Notes: generated from the letters alone by a model not told the origin. DNA of 62,523 nucleotides, filler included, from Neophaeotheca triangularis (GCA_054600435.1; 8 parts of 8 records of this genome joined end to end with filler, not necessarily neighbours in it), one strand, 5' to 3'. Positions 45,959 to 59,365 are shown, numbered from the whole stretch's first letter. Program-made: numbers and translations.

Positions 45959-48900
45959 CTAAGCATTCTTGCTCAGCATCTCGTACCTCTTCTTAAGCTC
46001 AACCAGGTCGTCCTTGAGGACCGCAAATTTAGGGTTCGCCTCAATTAAGAAGACCTTGAAAGATGCGCGCACTGGGCCTATAGCGCGACTTTCCTCCTTG
46101 ACGCTGGTCATCAGGTCGAAACTTTGCGCTACTGATTCCCAGATTCTGTCAATGCCTTCCTTGAGCTGCTGGCACTGAGTTTTGGTCGCTTTGATGATGT
46201 TGATATGAACCTCGCAAGCCAGCAGGCCGAAGGGCGACCGAGTCCCCGTGAGAGAAAGCTCGGAGCGGAATCGCTGCAAGGAGCGTTCCTTCACACCTTT
46301 TCCTGCGCTACTTGTTAGTAATTTCAACGTATAGCAGTCCTAGCCAGTGCATTCAAACATACCTAAGTCGTCGTTGCATTGATCATAGACACCTCTCATG
46401 AGGCCGTGGAAATAGCTCTCCTCGTGGTCCTGGGTCGCATCGATAAGGATCGCACTAAAATTGGTCAGCTAATGTCAAACCAAAACATCCAGGGGAGTAT
46501 ACTGACCGGATTTCCCTTTCGAACTCGCGTTGGCTCTCGTGGAAAAGATCTCTCACGCCGCGTACTTGCGCAGCTATACTGTCTCCAAAGTCCTCCATGT
46601 TCAAGGCCATGCTCGCTGGGTTCTCTAAGAAGCTTTGTAAGCAATTGTCTGATAATGAGCTGCTTGAAGCGCTTACCATTGAACTTCTCGACAATTCTTC
46701 GCAGGGATTTGATGATGAACTCCCTGACGGCAATCAAAGCTGCCATTTGAATTTTTTCAAACCTTCGCCTCTCTTCCCGGAAGATGTTCCTGCACGACTT
46801 AGTGAATTCCTCGTTGAAGGCTCTACGGCCCATTGATGGGGTGTTGTGATTGCCGTAGCGTCGCAGGAAAGCTCTCAAGGCGGACCAGTGTGCTTTCTTC
46901 AGCACTTTGTTGACGTAGTTCAGTGCCACTTGCGCGATCTCAAACTCCTGGGCCTTGATAGATTCCACGTTGTGCTCGGTTGAGGCACGTTCAACCCGTG
47001 AGATGTACTCCTTGGCTTGCGCTTCAACTCTGCCCTTCGGCTGGGAGATAAGCGGAAGCAAGCTGTCCCGACCCTCTACAAGTCGTTGGTAGGCCCATAG
47101 ATTTAGACCTTTGAAGAACACACTGAAGCTGTGGTTGATGTGGTTCTCCAGTGCTTCGATCACGTAAGGAGCCGCAAGCTCCAGCGTAAACCTTCGAAGG
47201 CTTGGAATGCCTGTAGTGGTAGCTTCCAAAACCGCTCCAGCAGCATCCCGATGTCCCTTGCAGATCATGTAGTGTGCATTCGAGACGCAGAAGACATTGA
47301 GGATTCTTTGATCGGTCATGTAGTGGGCCTTGGCACTTTGAAGCGACTGCGTGACATGCGTGTTCCGGGCGTTGACAATCAGGCCCATCGTCTGACTCTC
47401 GAGGGTCTCCAATCGAGACTGGCTCTCTTCGATCTTTTCTTGCAACGGACCAAAATTTTTCTTTGCCTTCGTTTTCATGACTTTCTTCTTTTGCACGTTA
47501 AGCTGCGTAATCTTCCTCTTGACCTGTTTTATCTCCTCGCGCAACTTTGAGTACTCACCGAGGGAGCACCCCATATGCTCCAGCGACTTGGCAAGGTCGT
47601 GGTCGACATTCTCGTCAGATCTTGTTGCAACAACGGCGACTTGACCCTTGAATATGGAGGCATATGTTTCCAGATACGAGTCCACCGTGGGATCGGTGAC
47701 GATACGCCCGATTCCGCAGACGATCCACAAGAAGTCGCATTGCTTGATCTGCGCAAAGGAAGCCCTGACCCGAATCTGATTCATGTCAGAAACACCAGGC
47801 AAGTCTGCTATAGTGCACCTGTCTAGTACGCGCGAGCCTCGTACTCCGATGGTGACTTGCTTGACAAAAGGCCAGAGACTAGCTTTGACGAAATCTTGGC
47901 GTGCGGTGACGAGAGGATCAAGAAGCTTCCGGAGCTGTCCTTGCGTCTCGGCTTCCTGGTATTTGCTGTATGTGCCATCGGGTCTGGATTCGAGGCCATC
48001 TTTGCACATTCGCGAGATCTCAGCTTGTACATTTACCATGAACAAAGCAATGTTCATTTCCTCTGGACGAGCAAGCTCGTCAAGCGCCTCTGTTGCCTTG
48101 TCGTCTTCAGCGAGTTCGGGCTTGAATTCGCAAAAGATAGCCTGAAATGTTTCCTTGCAAGTCACAGCGGCGCGGTGGTGTTGGGCCCGTAGCTCATCAG
48201 ACCAGTCGTCGTCGTACTCGAACTGCCACACTTTCCAGTCGCGCAGCGCCGACAGCAAAAGCTGTGCGATTGAGGTCGAGTCGAAATACTCAATTGTTGC
48301 CGAGAATGCTTTGACCTGCGAGGGCTCTGCTTTGCGATACAGTGTCACAACGTGGGTACAGCTTTGGCCAACATCGAGCTGTAAACAGTCAGTAGCTGCA
48401 AGAAAGACAGGATAAATGGGGTCACTTACAGCTTTCGCGAGGCGTGGGATGTCGGTGATTGAGTTCACCAAAGAGCTTTTGCCTGTAGATAAGGTTAGCA
48501 GACTGAGAAGATGAGCTTTTGTGATAGTCCAGCATTATACGCACCAACACCCGCAGCACCAAGCAGGCCGATGACTTGACGCTTAGCAATGGGTGGATCT
48601 TCCAGGTTCCGAGCCATGGCGACGAACTTCTCGGTCTGGCTCGACTTGCGGTAAGTGCTGTTGAGGAACCTGGCCACGCTCTGAGCGAGCTTCGCAAGGT
48701 CACGCTGTATCTCCACAAATTTGGAGTCGTAGGCAGCGCACGGTGGGAGTAGCTCATCACTCTCCTTGTAACCGTCCACGTCGACTTCATCGCTGTCTGA
48801 GTCGCCATCTTCTACATTCTCGCCTCCAAGTCCGTCGCTGCCATAGTCAGTGCCGTCGATTTCCATGTCGGAAGCATCTTCGTTGTCGCTGCCATCGACG

Positions 48901-49064
48901 CCAGAATCTTCGTTGCCCTCACTTTGGGCAGGCGTAGGGCGCGACACCGCTCTCACGTCAACTTCAGCATTCTCAAGGTCTTCACGCTTGCGCTTGCTGC
49001 GGCTGCGGGCCTGGCGGATGCCACTGTCCATGTTGGTGGTGTAGTAGGAGCCTAGATCTTTCAA
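45959..49064 (-). CDS. Dynamin-superfamily (SLIP-GC/NUGGC-like) P-loop GTPase, multi-exon
   Basis: G1 GAAGV|GKS split by intron 48483-48544; in-frame intron 48379-48429; G2 GQSCTHV, G3 ADLPG, G4 TRSD; helical C terminus with further GT-AG introns near 46675, 46505 and 46360; start uncertain (ATG 49031 or an upstream exon). Confidence 0.85.
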
Positions 49065-50064
49065 AGTGTAAGAAGTGAGCGGGCTAGGTTCATCAAGCGA
49101 TGCTGATGTAGAACGTTCATTGCCAATTGGCTACGAAGGAGGCTGTAACGCAATGTGAGATACGTACCGGTAGCTGCGCAAAGTATAGTACTGCAGAGTT
49201 GGCCAAGGAAGGAAGCGTAACGCGCACTGGATGTTGCTGTAGAAGATGGGTAGGCAGCGGATGTCGAAAGAAAGGCGGTAGAGTTGAGGAGGCCGCCAGG
49301 TAGAAAGCAGACTAGGCTTGTTCTGGCCAAGAAAGAGATGTTTATACTTCACTTGGAGTGAAGTGGAAACAGTTGGGTCTGTACTGAAGCCATTGAAACA
49401 TTACCTTGGGTGAGCCGATGTCAGCTTGCCCGGGCAGAGATGGGAATACATAATAGCAAGTCCTACGGGGATACATATGAGTGTTTCGGCGCATGATATT
49501 TTGGAAGCAGTACAGACCGCAACGCCAGCCATTGATGCCCCCCTGCCCCCCCNNNNNNNNNNNNNNNNNNNNNNNNNNNNNNNNNNNNNNNNNNNNTTAA
49601 TTAATTAANNNNNNNNNNNNNNNNNNNNNNNNNNNNNNNNNNNNNNNNNNNNTAAAACCCTTATATTAGTACTATTAAGGATTTTTAGACTAATCTAAAT
49701 AGAACAATTTACTTAATACTACTAATACTAGCTATATATAAACTTTTATTACTATCGAGTAAGTACTTCCTTAAATATAGCCTTAAAGTATAGTAAAATC
49801 CTAGAAGTTTCTTAATTTTAGGTACTAGGTACTTTAAGTTACCCTAGATTTTCTTAAGATAGGGCCTTCCCTTTCTAGACTACCCCGCATTCTTAGAGAT
49901 AAGATAGAGATAAATGAAGGGAGATATAAGGGTATTCCTTTCCTCCTTAAATTTTAAGGAAAGTAAGATACTTCTTTCTATAATCAAAATTCCCTACTAC
50001 TATATCTACCTACACTTTTACCTTTCAAGTCTTCCTAAGCCTTTACCCTAACCCTACTTCTATA

Positions 50065-50660
50065 ATGTTATTACCCTTTATCTCTATTCCTATCTCTAAG
50101 TCTAGAGGTATTAGGAAAGGGGGGAAGAAAGGTACTAATAAGGGGATTCATATTAAGTAAGTTTTTTATCTTTTTTTTTTTTTTTTTTTGCTAATACCTA
50201 ATACTTATTAGGAACCCTACCTATTATGCCGAACGGATCGTAAATACTAAGCTCCTTAAGACCTTAGAGAAGGTTAAAGAGGAGAAGAGAGCAATTTCCC
50301 TAGCTCTAGAAGAAGAGAAAGAAAAGAATAGAAAAAAGGATGAAATTATAAAAAGTATATTTCTTTCCCTTTTTTTATATCTTCTTTAACTAACTATTAA
50401 TCTAGAGAAAGAAGAGAGTCTAGTCTTCTTAAAAGGAAGAGTAGAGACCCTAGAGCTAGAGGCTCTTACTAAGGAGATTAATAGGAATAATTTAGAGAGT
50501 GAATCTCTAAATCCTATAAATCCCTTAGAGTCTCTAGAGGATTACCCTCTAGATTTTGATTTTGATTTAAGTAGTAAGTAACTCCCTTTACCTTTAATAG
50601 AAACTTATCTAACTTAAGATTATAGATTTTCCTTATAATGATTTTATATTAGATAACTAG
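50065..50660 (+). CDS. Intact 4-exon, 145-aa basic / coiled-coil / acidic-tail protein inside AT-rich subtelomeric DNA
   Basis: Exons 50065-50156, 50212-50354, 50406-50573, 50626-50660 (438 nt, no internal stop); 51-55-nt introns GTAAGT or GTATAT..CTAAY..TAG; MLLPFISIPISKSRGIRKGGKKG..LEKVKEEKRAISLALEEEKEKNRKKDEIIKKKEESL..DFDFDLSNFPYNDFILDN. Confidence 0.7.
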
Positions 50661-51229
50661 GGAAGGGATAGGAGTTAGGAGTTAGGAGTTATATAAAGCT
50701 TTATTAGTTTTTCTTTAATTTTATAACTCTCTTATAGCTATTAAGAGTAAGTATTATAAAGAGATTAGGATATCTCTTAATAGATAAGAAGGTAAGGAGC
50801 TATATTAATAAATAGATATAAAAAGTATTTATACTTAATTATAATAAGTAATCCTATTAAACTCTCTTTATTAAGATTTAACTATAGTATACTCCCTCTT
50901 ATAATTCTTAATATTAGACTATAAGGATATCCTTAAAACTTTCTTTAAAACTAATTAAGTAAAAGATATTAAACTAATATATCCCTCTTTTAATATAAAT
51001 ATAAGTAAGATAAAGAGAGGCTTTTATATTACTAATATATTCCTATCTTATAATCTCTATATAATCTATATCTACTTTATATATCTAGAGATAAGCTCTA
51101 GACATTTTTATTCTACTAATACTAAAATATATCTCTTACTTCTTAAGCTTTAGGATCTTATATTTAAATTAGATATCTTTAGGGGTAGAAATCCTTTACT
51201 TTATATATAATAAAGTAACTTCTCTTTAG

Positions 51230-51716
51230 CTAACTCTCTTCTAAAGAGTCTATAGTCTTAAACCGAGCTATTAATTCATTAAACTCTATTAGTAGTATTA
51301 GTAAAGATACTTATCTATAAAGGAGAAGATAACCTACCTTCATTATTATATATTATAGTCCCTTTAATAATAAGTAGCTCTATTTTCTTAATATAATCTT
51401 TATTAATAGGAAGATCTTCGAGATCTTTTAAGATACTTTTAGTCGATACTAGGATAGGATCTTTTTCTAATATAGAGTTAGCTAAAGGGATCATTATAGG
51501 ATAGATAAGAAACTAACCTTTTAAGAATAGATTAAATAATTGTTTTAAAGAATTTATATCTAGCTTATATTCAAGATCTTCTAATAAAGATATAATCTTA
51601 GAATAGCCTTTAAAGTAATCCTTTAGGGTTTGTAAATAAAGTCATAACTTATTCTTAGGATTAAGAGTAAGCGTAAGATTTAAAGAAGTATCTTTAATAG
51701 AAAGTAAGTAAGACAT
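51230..51716 (-). pseudogene. 3-exon gene model with one premature TGA (codon 25)
   Basis: Exons 51716-51518, 51466-51338, 51285-51230; introns GTTAGT..GCTAAC..TAG and GTAGGT..ACTAAT..TAG; MSYLLSIKDTSLNLTLTLNPKNKL*LYLQTLKDYFKG.. Confidence 0.55.
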
Positions 51717-52278
51717 ATTAAAGTAGATACTAGTAATAAGATAGAGTAGTAAAGAAAAGGAAAGAAGAAGTAGAATAGAAAGGGAAGGATTACTTATAGA
51801 TAAAGAATTATATCTTAAAGTAAAGTAATTATACTAAACTATAGGAAGTAAACCTAGATATTAGGGTATTACTTAATATTAAAGTATATTATACCTAGAT
51901 ATAAGAGGTTAATAGTATTATATAAAGAATATAATAGATATAGAGATAAGTATAAGTAAGTATTAAAGAGTTTAATAGTACTATACTTAGTTATAATAGA
52001 TTTATAGCTTAGTATAAAAGAATATAACAAAAAGTTAGGGCTTTATATCTAAGTATACTAGACTTATAGCTAGATATAAGTATATATAAAGCTTCTATAG
52101 AGTAGTAAAGATAGATATTATAGACTTAGTAGTAGTTATATATAAGTATAATATATACTATAATCCTTATAATAGGGTATAGACTAAATATACTTAAATA
52201 CTATTAGTTAGAGGCTTATAATAGATATTATAGGTTTATTACTAGATATACTTCAATAAAATTTAATTTATAGTCTAA

Positions 52279-52460
52279 TATATATAGATATAGGGTAATT
52301 ATACTAGATATACTTAAGGTAAAAAGGGTTTATAGTATAGTATATATAGATATAGGGTAATTATACTAGATATACTTAAGGTAAAAAGGGTTTATAGTAT
52401 AGTATATATAGATATAGGGTAATTATACTAGATATACTCAAGGTAAGAAGGGTTTATAGT
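52279..52460. repeat. 62-bp tandem repeat, 3 copies
   Basis: TATATAGATATAGGGTAATTATACTAGATATACT at 52281, 52343, 52405. Confidence 0.9.
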
Positions 52461-52922
52461 CTAGATATAAAGGATTATCACTAAATATACTTAGATATAA
52501 TAAGTCTTTAGTATAATATAAGTAGATATAATAATAACTAGACTTAGTAGACCTTAATCTAATAGAGTTTAAGATTAGTATAACTATATAGAGAGGATAG
52601 GAAAGATATAACTATAGTATAGCTAAAGTTAAAGATTTAAGGTATATTTATAAGAAAGTAAGTATATCTTATAGTTATATCTAGAGCTTTAGATAGAGAT
52701 ATATAAGAGTAAAGGACTTCCCTTATTTATTTCTCTTAGGACTACTAGCTCTATTAAGGGGATAACTACTACTATCTTAATCCTTAAGAATCTTTTTACT
52801 ATCTCTCTTCCTAGGACCCTTACTATAACCCTAAATCCTAGAGCTATTTCCTTAAATAACTCTTAGGATTACTAGGATCTTAGGCTTTAGTAATAAAGCC
52901 CTATATCTTAGTATATTAAGAT

Positions 52923-53718
52923 ATGTCTTATCTTACTTTATCTAAATTTATCCTAGGGTTTATTAATAATAGTAAAGATGTTTCTAGAACTAAACTAGAT
53001 AACACTCTTAAAGCTATTATTAGTAACCTTAGTAATAAAATAGATAATATAAGGATTAGAGAGTATCTTAATATACTAAGAGTAGTATATTATCTAGAGA
53101 GACTAAAGTTCTATAGCTACTCTAATTATCTTAAAGTAAAAGGTAAGTTTATTACTCTATTAAAGTAATAACTATACTAACTACTTAACTAGAGATCCTA
53201 AAAGTAAATAGGATATCTCTTAACTTTAGAGCTCTTTATTACTCTAAGGAAGATACTTCGATACTAGAGAAGATAAACTATTATATTAATTACTATAGTA
53301 TCTACTTTAGAGATTTTAGTAAGTAGAGACTAAGAGTTAAGTCTAGAGTTTAGCTAATCTTATTTTAGACCTTATTAAGATTCTCTATAAGTCTAGAGTT
53401 TTTAAGAAGGAAATTTTTAATAATACTAAAGAGTATTACATTAAAAATGGATATAACTCTATTTTTAAAAACAGAGATATTAAAGAAGATCTAGAGCTTT
53501 TAGGAAAGCTTAACTTCTTTAATAAGGGATATAGTAGGGAGGATTTAGAGGCTCTTAAAGATTATAATTCTATTGTTTTTCTAGAGGAATGTTCCTCTAA
53601 GAATCTTAGTTACTTAGAGAGATTAGAGGAGCTTAAGCCTTATAAGGCTCTAGATCTAGAGGAGAAAGAAGGAGTTAATAGAGAAGAGATAGAAGAGGAA
53701 CTCCTTATAGAGATATAG
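52923..53718 (+). CDS. Intact 3-exon, 231-aa protein of unknown function, ~175 bp from the telomere
   Basis: Exons 52923-53142, 53193-53318, 53369-53718 (696 nt, no internal stop); two 50-nt introns GTAAGT..CTAAC/CTAAT..TAG; acidic C terminus. Confidence 0.72.
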
Positions 53719-53893
53719 ATAGGATTAATAGGAAGATAGTAATTGAATATTTTTTAATATAGATCTAATACTTAAAGAACTTAGTAACTTATATCTACCC
53801 TAAATCTTAAGAATAGAGTTTACTAATAGAGTCTCTTTTATAATATACTTAAAGAATAAGAAAATTAATAGGGTTTTATTAATATCTTTGGGG

Positions 53894-54069
53894 TAGGGTT
53901 TAGGGTTAGGGTTAGGGTTAGGGTTAGGGTTAGGGTTAGGGTTAGGGTTAAGGGTTAGGGTTAGGGTTAGGGTTAGGGTTAGGGTTAGGGTTAGGGTTAG
54001 GGTTAGGGTTAGGGTTAGGGTTAGGGTTAGGGTTAGGGTTAGGGTTAGGGTTAGGGTTAGGGTTAGGGT
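53894..54069 (+). repeat. Telomeric repeat (TTAGGG)n, chromosome end of contig 6
   Basis: About 29 units, with variants TTTAGGG and TTAAGGG near the junction. Confidence 0.97.
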
Positions 54070-55836
54070 NNNNNNNNNNNNNNNNNNNNNNNNNNNNNNN
54101 NNNNNNNNNNNNNTTAATTAATTAANNNNNNNNNNNNNNNNNNNNNNNNNNNNNNNNNNNNNNNNNNNNGGGGGGGGGGGGGGGGGGGCTTGGGGGGTTG
54201 GTGGTGGGCGGATGATAGAAGAAACTTTCTTAGGGGCCGCGGGGTGCCAGGCTGATGAGTAGTAGATGATGATGAGAGCATTACTACTACTACTGCTACT
54301 TTCGCCCGGTCTCTCGACTCGGACCCATGCCATGGCAAAAAGGGTCTGCCGCACAAAATCCCGCCCAAGAAAGTACTCTGTACAGTACATAATAGGAAGT
54401 CGGTAGTACGTACTCCATTTTAGACAAGGTGGTACTGAGGTAGGGCTCACACGTACACGGTACGCCACTGCCGACCCTCTCTCACTGATCAGTCTCGTAT
54501 TATCAGGAGGTGTTATTATTATTATTATTATAATCATCAATATCATCATCATTTTGATTACCTACTAGGGTCAAACCCTCGCCCGAGATTTTCGGGGTGT
54601 CGGCTTCATTGACAATACATGAATGTTCGCCCTATTGTGCATCAAGAAGACTACCTTTACCACAGTCTACAGTGTCCCCCTGGACGATTGATCAAGTATT
54701 ATTTATTATTGCCCTAGTTGCCTTATTACTAGCTCATAGCCACGGATCACTACAATCCCGTCCAGACTTTGCCATGTCTGCCTTATCCATCAGACAAGAC
54801 GCCAATACATACTCCTGTTATACAACTGACTGCGGACATGATGCCCGAGCTCGAGGCGAGATGAATTGTCCGGACCATCATACCATGGCATGCAGGTACT
54901 ATAACTAGTTACTGTACCTAGTCTGTACTAGGTATCTAGGCCATCCCCCATATCCTGCACTGTACATCAATAAACCACATAAAGGCACTACTATGCAAGG
55001 TACAATCACGGCCGGGCATTATTATTGATTGCGGTATAATTAAATGAGGACTCTTATTGGCGAGAGCTGAGGTGGACCAGGTAGTGGCCGGAGAAGGGTG
55101 GGTGGACCTCGGGAGCTACCTAAGGATATAGGGAGGTACCCCTAAGGTCTGATCTATCCCATGCATGAAATCATCCGGTCGGTGCGGTCGCCGCCTTACG
55201 CGTACTACCACCCAAGGACTAAAAGGTACTTCAACCTAGCCTTCCCCTCGTGTTTACGCTGAAAGTCGCCCGAACCGGTCAAAACCGTTAACTACTACTA
55301 GTATGTAGGCAGTAGTGGTAGTGACTGCGAACTAGTACCACTCACGGATTATCGAGTTATTATTATCATCATTGTTCTTGTTCAGTTGAATTGACGACGA
55401 CGCCACCTCATGGGCGCGAGAAAAGACCTAGTAGTACCTGCAAGCTTCAGGCTTCCCATCATCGTACCCAGCCTACCTAGGTAGCACGCGTGGCGTCGGT
55501 AGGCCCAGACCACACCAAATTACAAGCCAGGTGCCGAGTGGTCGGGAAACCTCGACCTCGACCTCGACCATGTTCAGGGGTGGTTGGTTATACAGACGAA
55601 TCTGCGTACCACTAACTTTACTGGCGCTGCTGTGTAATCGCCCCTTTCACCATCGACGACTTTCTGTGTCACGCAAAGACTCGAGCAAATTGACAGAATT
55701 CCGTTAGACAGAGACACTCCCGAGGTGCGAGAACAGTCGAGAGATTCCCCGATTCCCATTTCGTCAGAGTTCGACGTAAAAAGAAAAAACAAAAAGACAT
55801 CAAAAAAGCTACCATCCCTCTGGTCCCTCCCTCACC

Positions 55837-57666
55837 TCACACCTTGGGTCTTGCCGTAATGTCTTCCACTTGCTCGGTGCCAGCAGGATCCGCAGCATTC
55901 TTCTCGGCACCATGCTCCACCACTTTTTCCACGGCACTGACGGCCTGGTCTGCAAATCTCCTGTCTTCGAATACTGTAAAGACACGTCAGCGAGACCTAC
56001 CACCAACAGAACGGATTTGCCCTGAAGAAGTAGACATCAACTCACAGAAAGCCAATTCCTCAAGCGTCCGATTCGCCGTCTCGGGAAAGTAAAAGTAGAC
56101 AAAGACGTTCTCAAACCCTAGCCAACAGCAATAGACTATCAACCATCTCCAGGAGATGTTGTCCAAACCAATGGGATTGAGAAAGGTCGTGGCGAACCCG
56201 GCCAGTCGGCCGAAGAATTGGAACAGCGCTATCCCCCTCGACCGCTCCGCGTACGGCCACACTTCCACCATGTACGTGTACGTCAGAGCGTTGTAGCCGA
56301 TGTTGTAGCAAGGCGAGTACGCGAAGATGAAGAAAATGGTCGCGATGCCGGCCGATGTGTTCTCGCTCCCGGCGTCGAGGGCTGTTTTGGCATATTTCAT
56401 GCTGATGGTCCAGGCAATGTAGCATAGCAGTAGACTCGCTGTGCAGGTGAGGTACATGGGACGGCGGCGGAAGCGTGTCACCACCATGGCGGCCGTGAAG
56501 GCGACCACTAGCCCCCAACAGGCTGTCGCGACGTTGAGGCGTTGTTTGAACATGCTGCTGCTGTTGCCGACCATTGCTAGGAGGTCGCCGAGGTAGTAGC
56601 TGATCTGAGAGTATAAGTTAGCAAGGGCTCTTCTACTTTTTTTTTCCCCTTAAATAACGCCATGTGTGCAACTGTGCGGGAGATACTTACCAGTGTATTT
56701 CCACTCCACTGGGTAAACAGTCCGAGCATACTCGTGACGAGAGCTCGACGTCGCATCCCAGCAGTATCGAACAGGTCAAGCCAGGATTTCTTCGAATTCG
56801 CAATCTCCAACTCAATCGTCGCCCGGATCTGAGCAATCTCGGCGGCGGCAAACTCAGACTGGCCGTCTCCCTCGGCATGATACTTGATGAGGATCTGGTA
56901 AGCTTCCTCGGAGCGATCTTTGGTAATGAGCCACCGCGGGCTCTCGGGCAGCATCATGACGAAACATATCTGCAACATGGACGGCGCAATCTGCAGGATC
57001 GAAGGCAAACGCCAGGCCCAGTTGCTCTGGATGTTGTTGGTGCCGAAGCAGATGGCCGCGGCGGTGATTTGGCCCAGGAAATACGCAACGTTGAAGAGCG
57101 AGGTGAGGACCGGGCGTTCTTTCGGGTACGCCAACTCGCCGATCAGGGCGGCGCCGGCGACGATGCAGGTCGGGATGCCAAAGCCCAGGATCATGCGCGC
57201 TGCGATGTACATGCCGGCGTTGACGGAGAAGCATTGGACGATGGCGCCGGCGCACATGACGAGGGAGCCGAGCAGGATGGCCCAGCGACGGCCGAAGCGG
57301 TCGTTGACGATGGGGACGAGTGGGAGGGATAGGATGGCGCCGAGACTGTACGAGGCTGCTATGATGCCCTTGAGGGAGCCCTGGGGATCACCAAAGTCTG
57401 CGTGGATGCCGTGTCAGCTCTAATCTTGCCGTGCTTCTTCTGTTGGACTTGCATTCAATCCATGGCGGCACAATCTGCAGGGCGTTGATGAGCTGTGAGT
57501 CGAAACCGGATGTCAGCTCGATTCCCATGCATGTTGGGAATAGGAGGAGGTATAAGAGGCGGAGGTTTGGCTTTTTGTAAAAGGGAACAGTGTCTTCGGC
57601 GACCAAACGGGTGATGATGGGGTCGGAATCGGTCTGCTTGCCTCGAGGGCCTGCCAGGATCCCCAT
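55837..57666 (-). CDS. MFS sugar porter, lactose-permease / cellodextrin-transporter-like, 4 exons
   Basis: Introns 57398-57452 (GC-AG), 56605-56690, 55974-56045; TSGFDSQLINALQ, DRFGRR, ELAYPKER, PESPRWL, FTQWSGN, YMVEVWPY, PETANRTLEELA. Confidence 0.93.
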
Positions 57667-59365
57667 TTCCGTAGTCGGGCCTCTTGATCAACCAAGGGAG
57701 CCTTCCGAAGAGACGTCAATGTCGCCCTACTTAACGGAGCAGCTTGAGCTGATAAGGAGTCGTCCCAGGACGACCAGGACAATCGATATCAGCTATATAT
57801 ATGCGCGCAATCCCGCACCACCCGCGACGACGGCTCTCACACCCCAACAACAGGCTCGACGGCTTGCCATTCCGCGTCGATCCGCCCACGAACGCCCTCG
57901 TCGTCCCCGCCCAAGACAGAACATCAAGCACGCTCCCCAACATGTAACCACCCTCCATCACGCATCACACAGAGAGCTATCTGTCTGCACCAACCCCACA
58001 AACCCGCGCCAATCCAACCTCAACACGGTGAAAGAGCGTTGGTAGTGCTCCAACCCCGAAACAACCGCAAGCATGCTGCATGCTACCCCGCGACGCCCAG
58101 CCGGCTGTAACAGATCACACAGGCCGATATGGCGAGAAGCGTTTGAGGGGCTGTGGGATTGGTGCGAAATAGTCGAAAGACGTGTCTTGCGGCAGCTTGG
58201 ACGAGGTTGGCTTTTGGGGAGGGGGGGGGGGGGGGGGGTGTTTATTCCACGCCGTAGCCGTAAACGTCACGGAGATGGCGGATAGCGTGCGAAACGCAAA
58301 AAGCTGTTTAACCTGGAGGACACCANNNNNNNNNNNNNNNNNNNNNNNNNNNNNNNNNNNNNNNNNNNNTTAATTAATTAANNNNNNNNNNNNNNNNNNN
58401 NNNNNNNNNNNNNNNNNNNNNNNNNACCAACGCTGTACCTTTGAAGAAAAAGCGACCACGCACCATGGGTCTCACACCCTCGCACCCAACACACCACCCC
58501 GACACCTCAACCGCAAACGACACTTCTCCAGCACCACCACCACCCCCCCCCCCCCCCCCCACCCACACCCCCACCCCCCCCCCCCCCCCCCCCCAACCCC
58601 CCCCCCCCCCCCCCCCCCAGTCGGCCGCGACGGTGGGGTTTTCAAAATTATCCCGTGTAGGTGGGTATAGCCCCGGGATCGCGGCAGAGGGCGGATGGAT
58701 GGAAGGTCGACGGCCATTTTTTTCCAGATGCCTACCGGCTTGAGTCGGGGGTTCAAAGGGATGTGACGACTTAAATGCAATGGCAGTGTTGAGAAGGCAG
58801 CGCGAGAGGGTTCTAGTCGAAAGTGCTTGTATTCCCTACTGCGGGCATCCGTTTGGTCGGCGTGATGAACGCACGCATTTCGGACAAGGTTGGTAAAGCT
58901 GGAATGCGGGTTTGTAGCTTGGGGGATTATGGTTCGTGAGTGTAGAAGAAGCGGGGACTGGTCTTCGCGAGCATGGTGGTCTGCAGGGGGTGGGGGTGGG
59001 GAGGGAGGAGGATGGCTTGGGAGTTCCGCTGGTTGTATTCTCGGTTTCCTACGTTCTTGACAGTTGTCGGCCACAAGTGCCGTTGTGGTTTTCTCGTGGA
59101 CTTGCGGCAGAAGGCTTGAAGCTGCAGTTGATTTCCGCTGCGGTGGCTGCTTTAATCTTCCTGCAATGCCATCCACGAGTCCCCTCCCGCACTGCAATTC
59201 AATGGCATTCCATCTCCCGCAATTCCACGGCCAACTCTGGCCAAAAGGGCACTCTCTACAACAAGCAATCACCTCGCCAGCCATCCCGCCAGCCACCCCA
59301 AACTCCATCTCAAACCAACCCCTCATTTGGCCCCCCAAAACTCACCAACCATTCTCCCCGCTAAA

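Noticed and set aside
4811..48415. Numerous antisense or overlapping ORFs over the maltase, permeases, SNF2 and GTPase genes
   Set aside because: Shadow frames of GC-rich coding sequence with no independent motifs
49653..49890. Minus-strand gene from ATG 49890
   Set aside because: Frames hit stops quickly with or without the candidate intron
13451..58425. Recurrent TTAATTAATTAA motif and gene neighbourhoods across N-runs
   Set aside because: Artificial six-frame-stop spacers; adjacency between contigs carries no biological meaning
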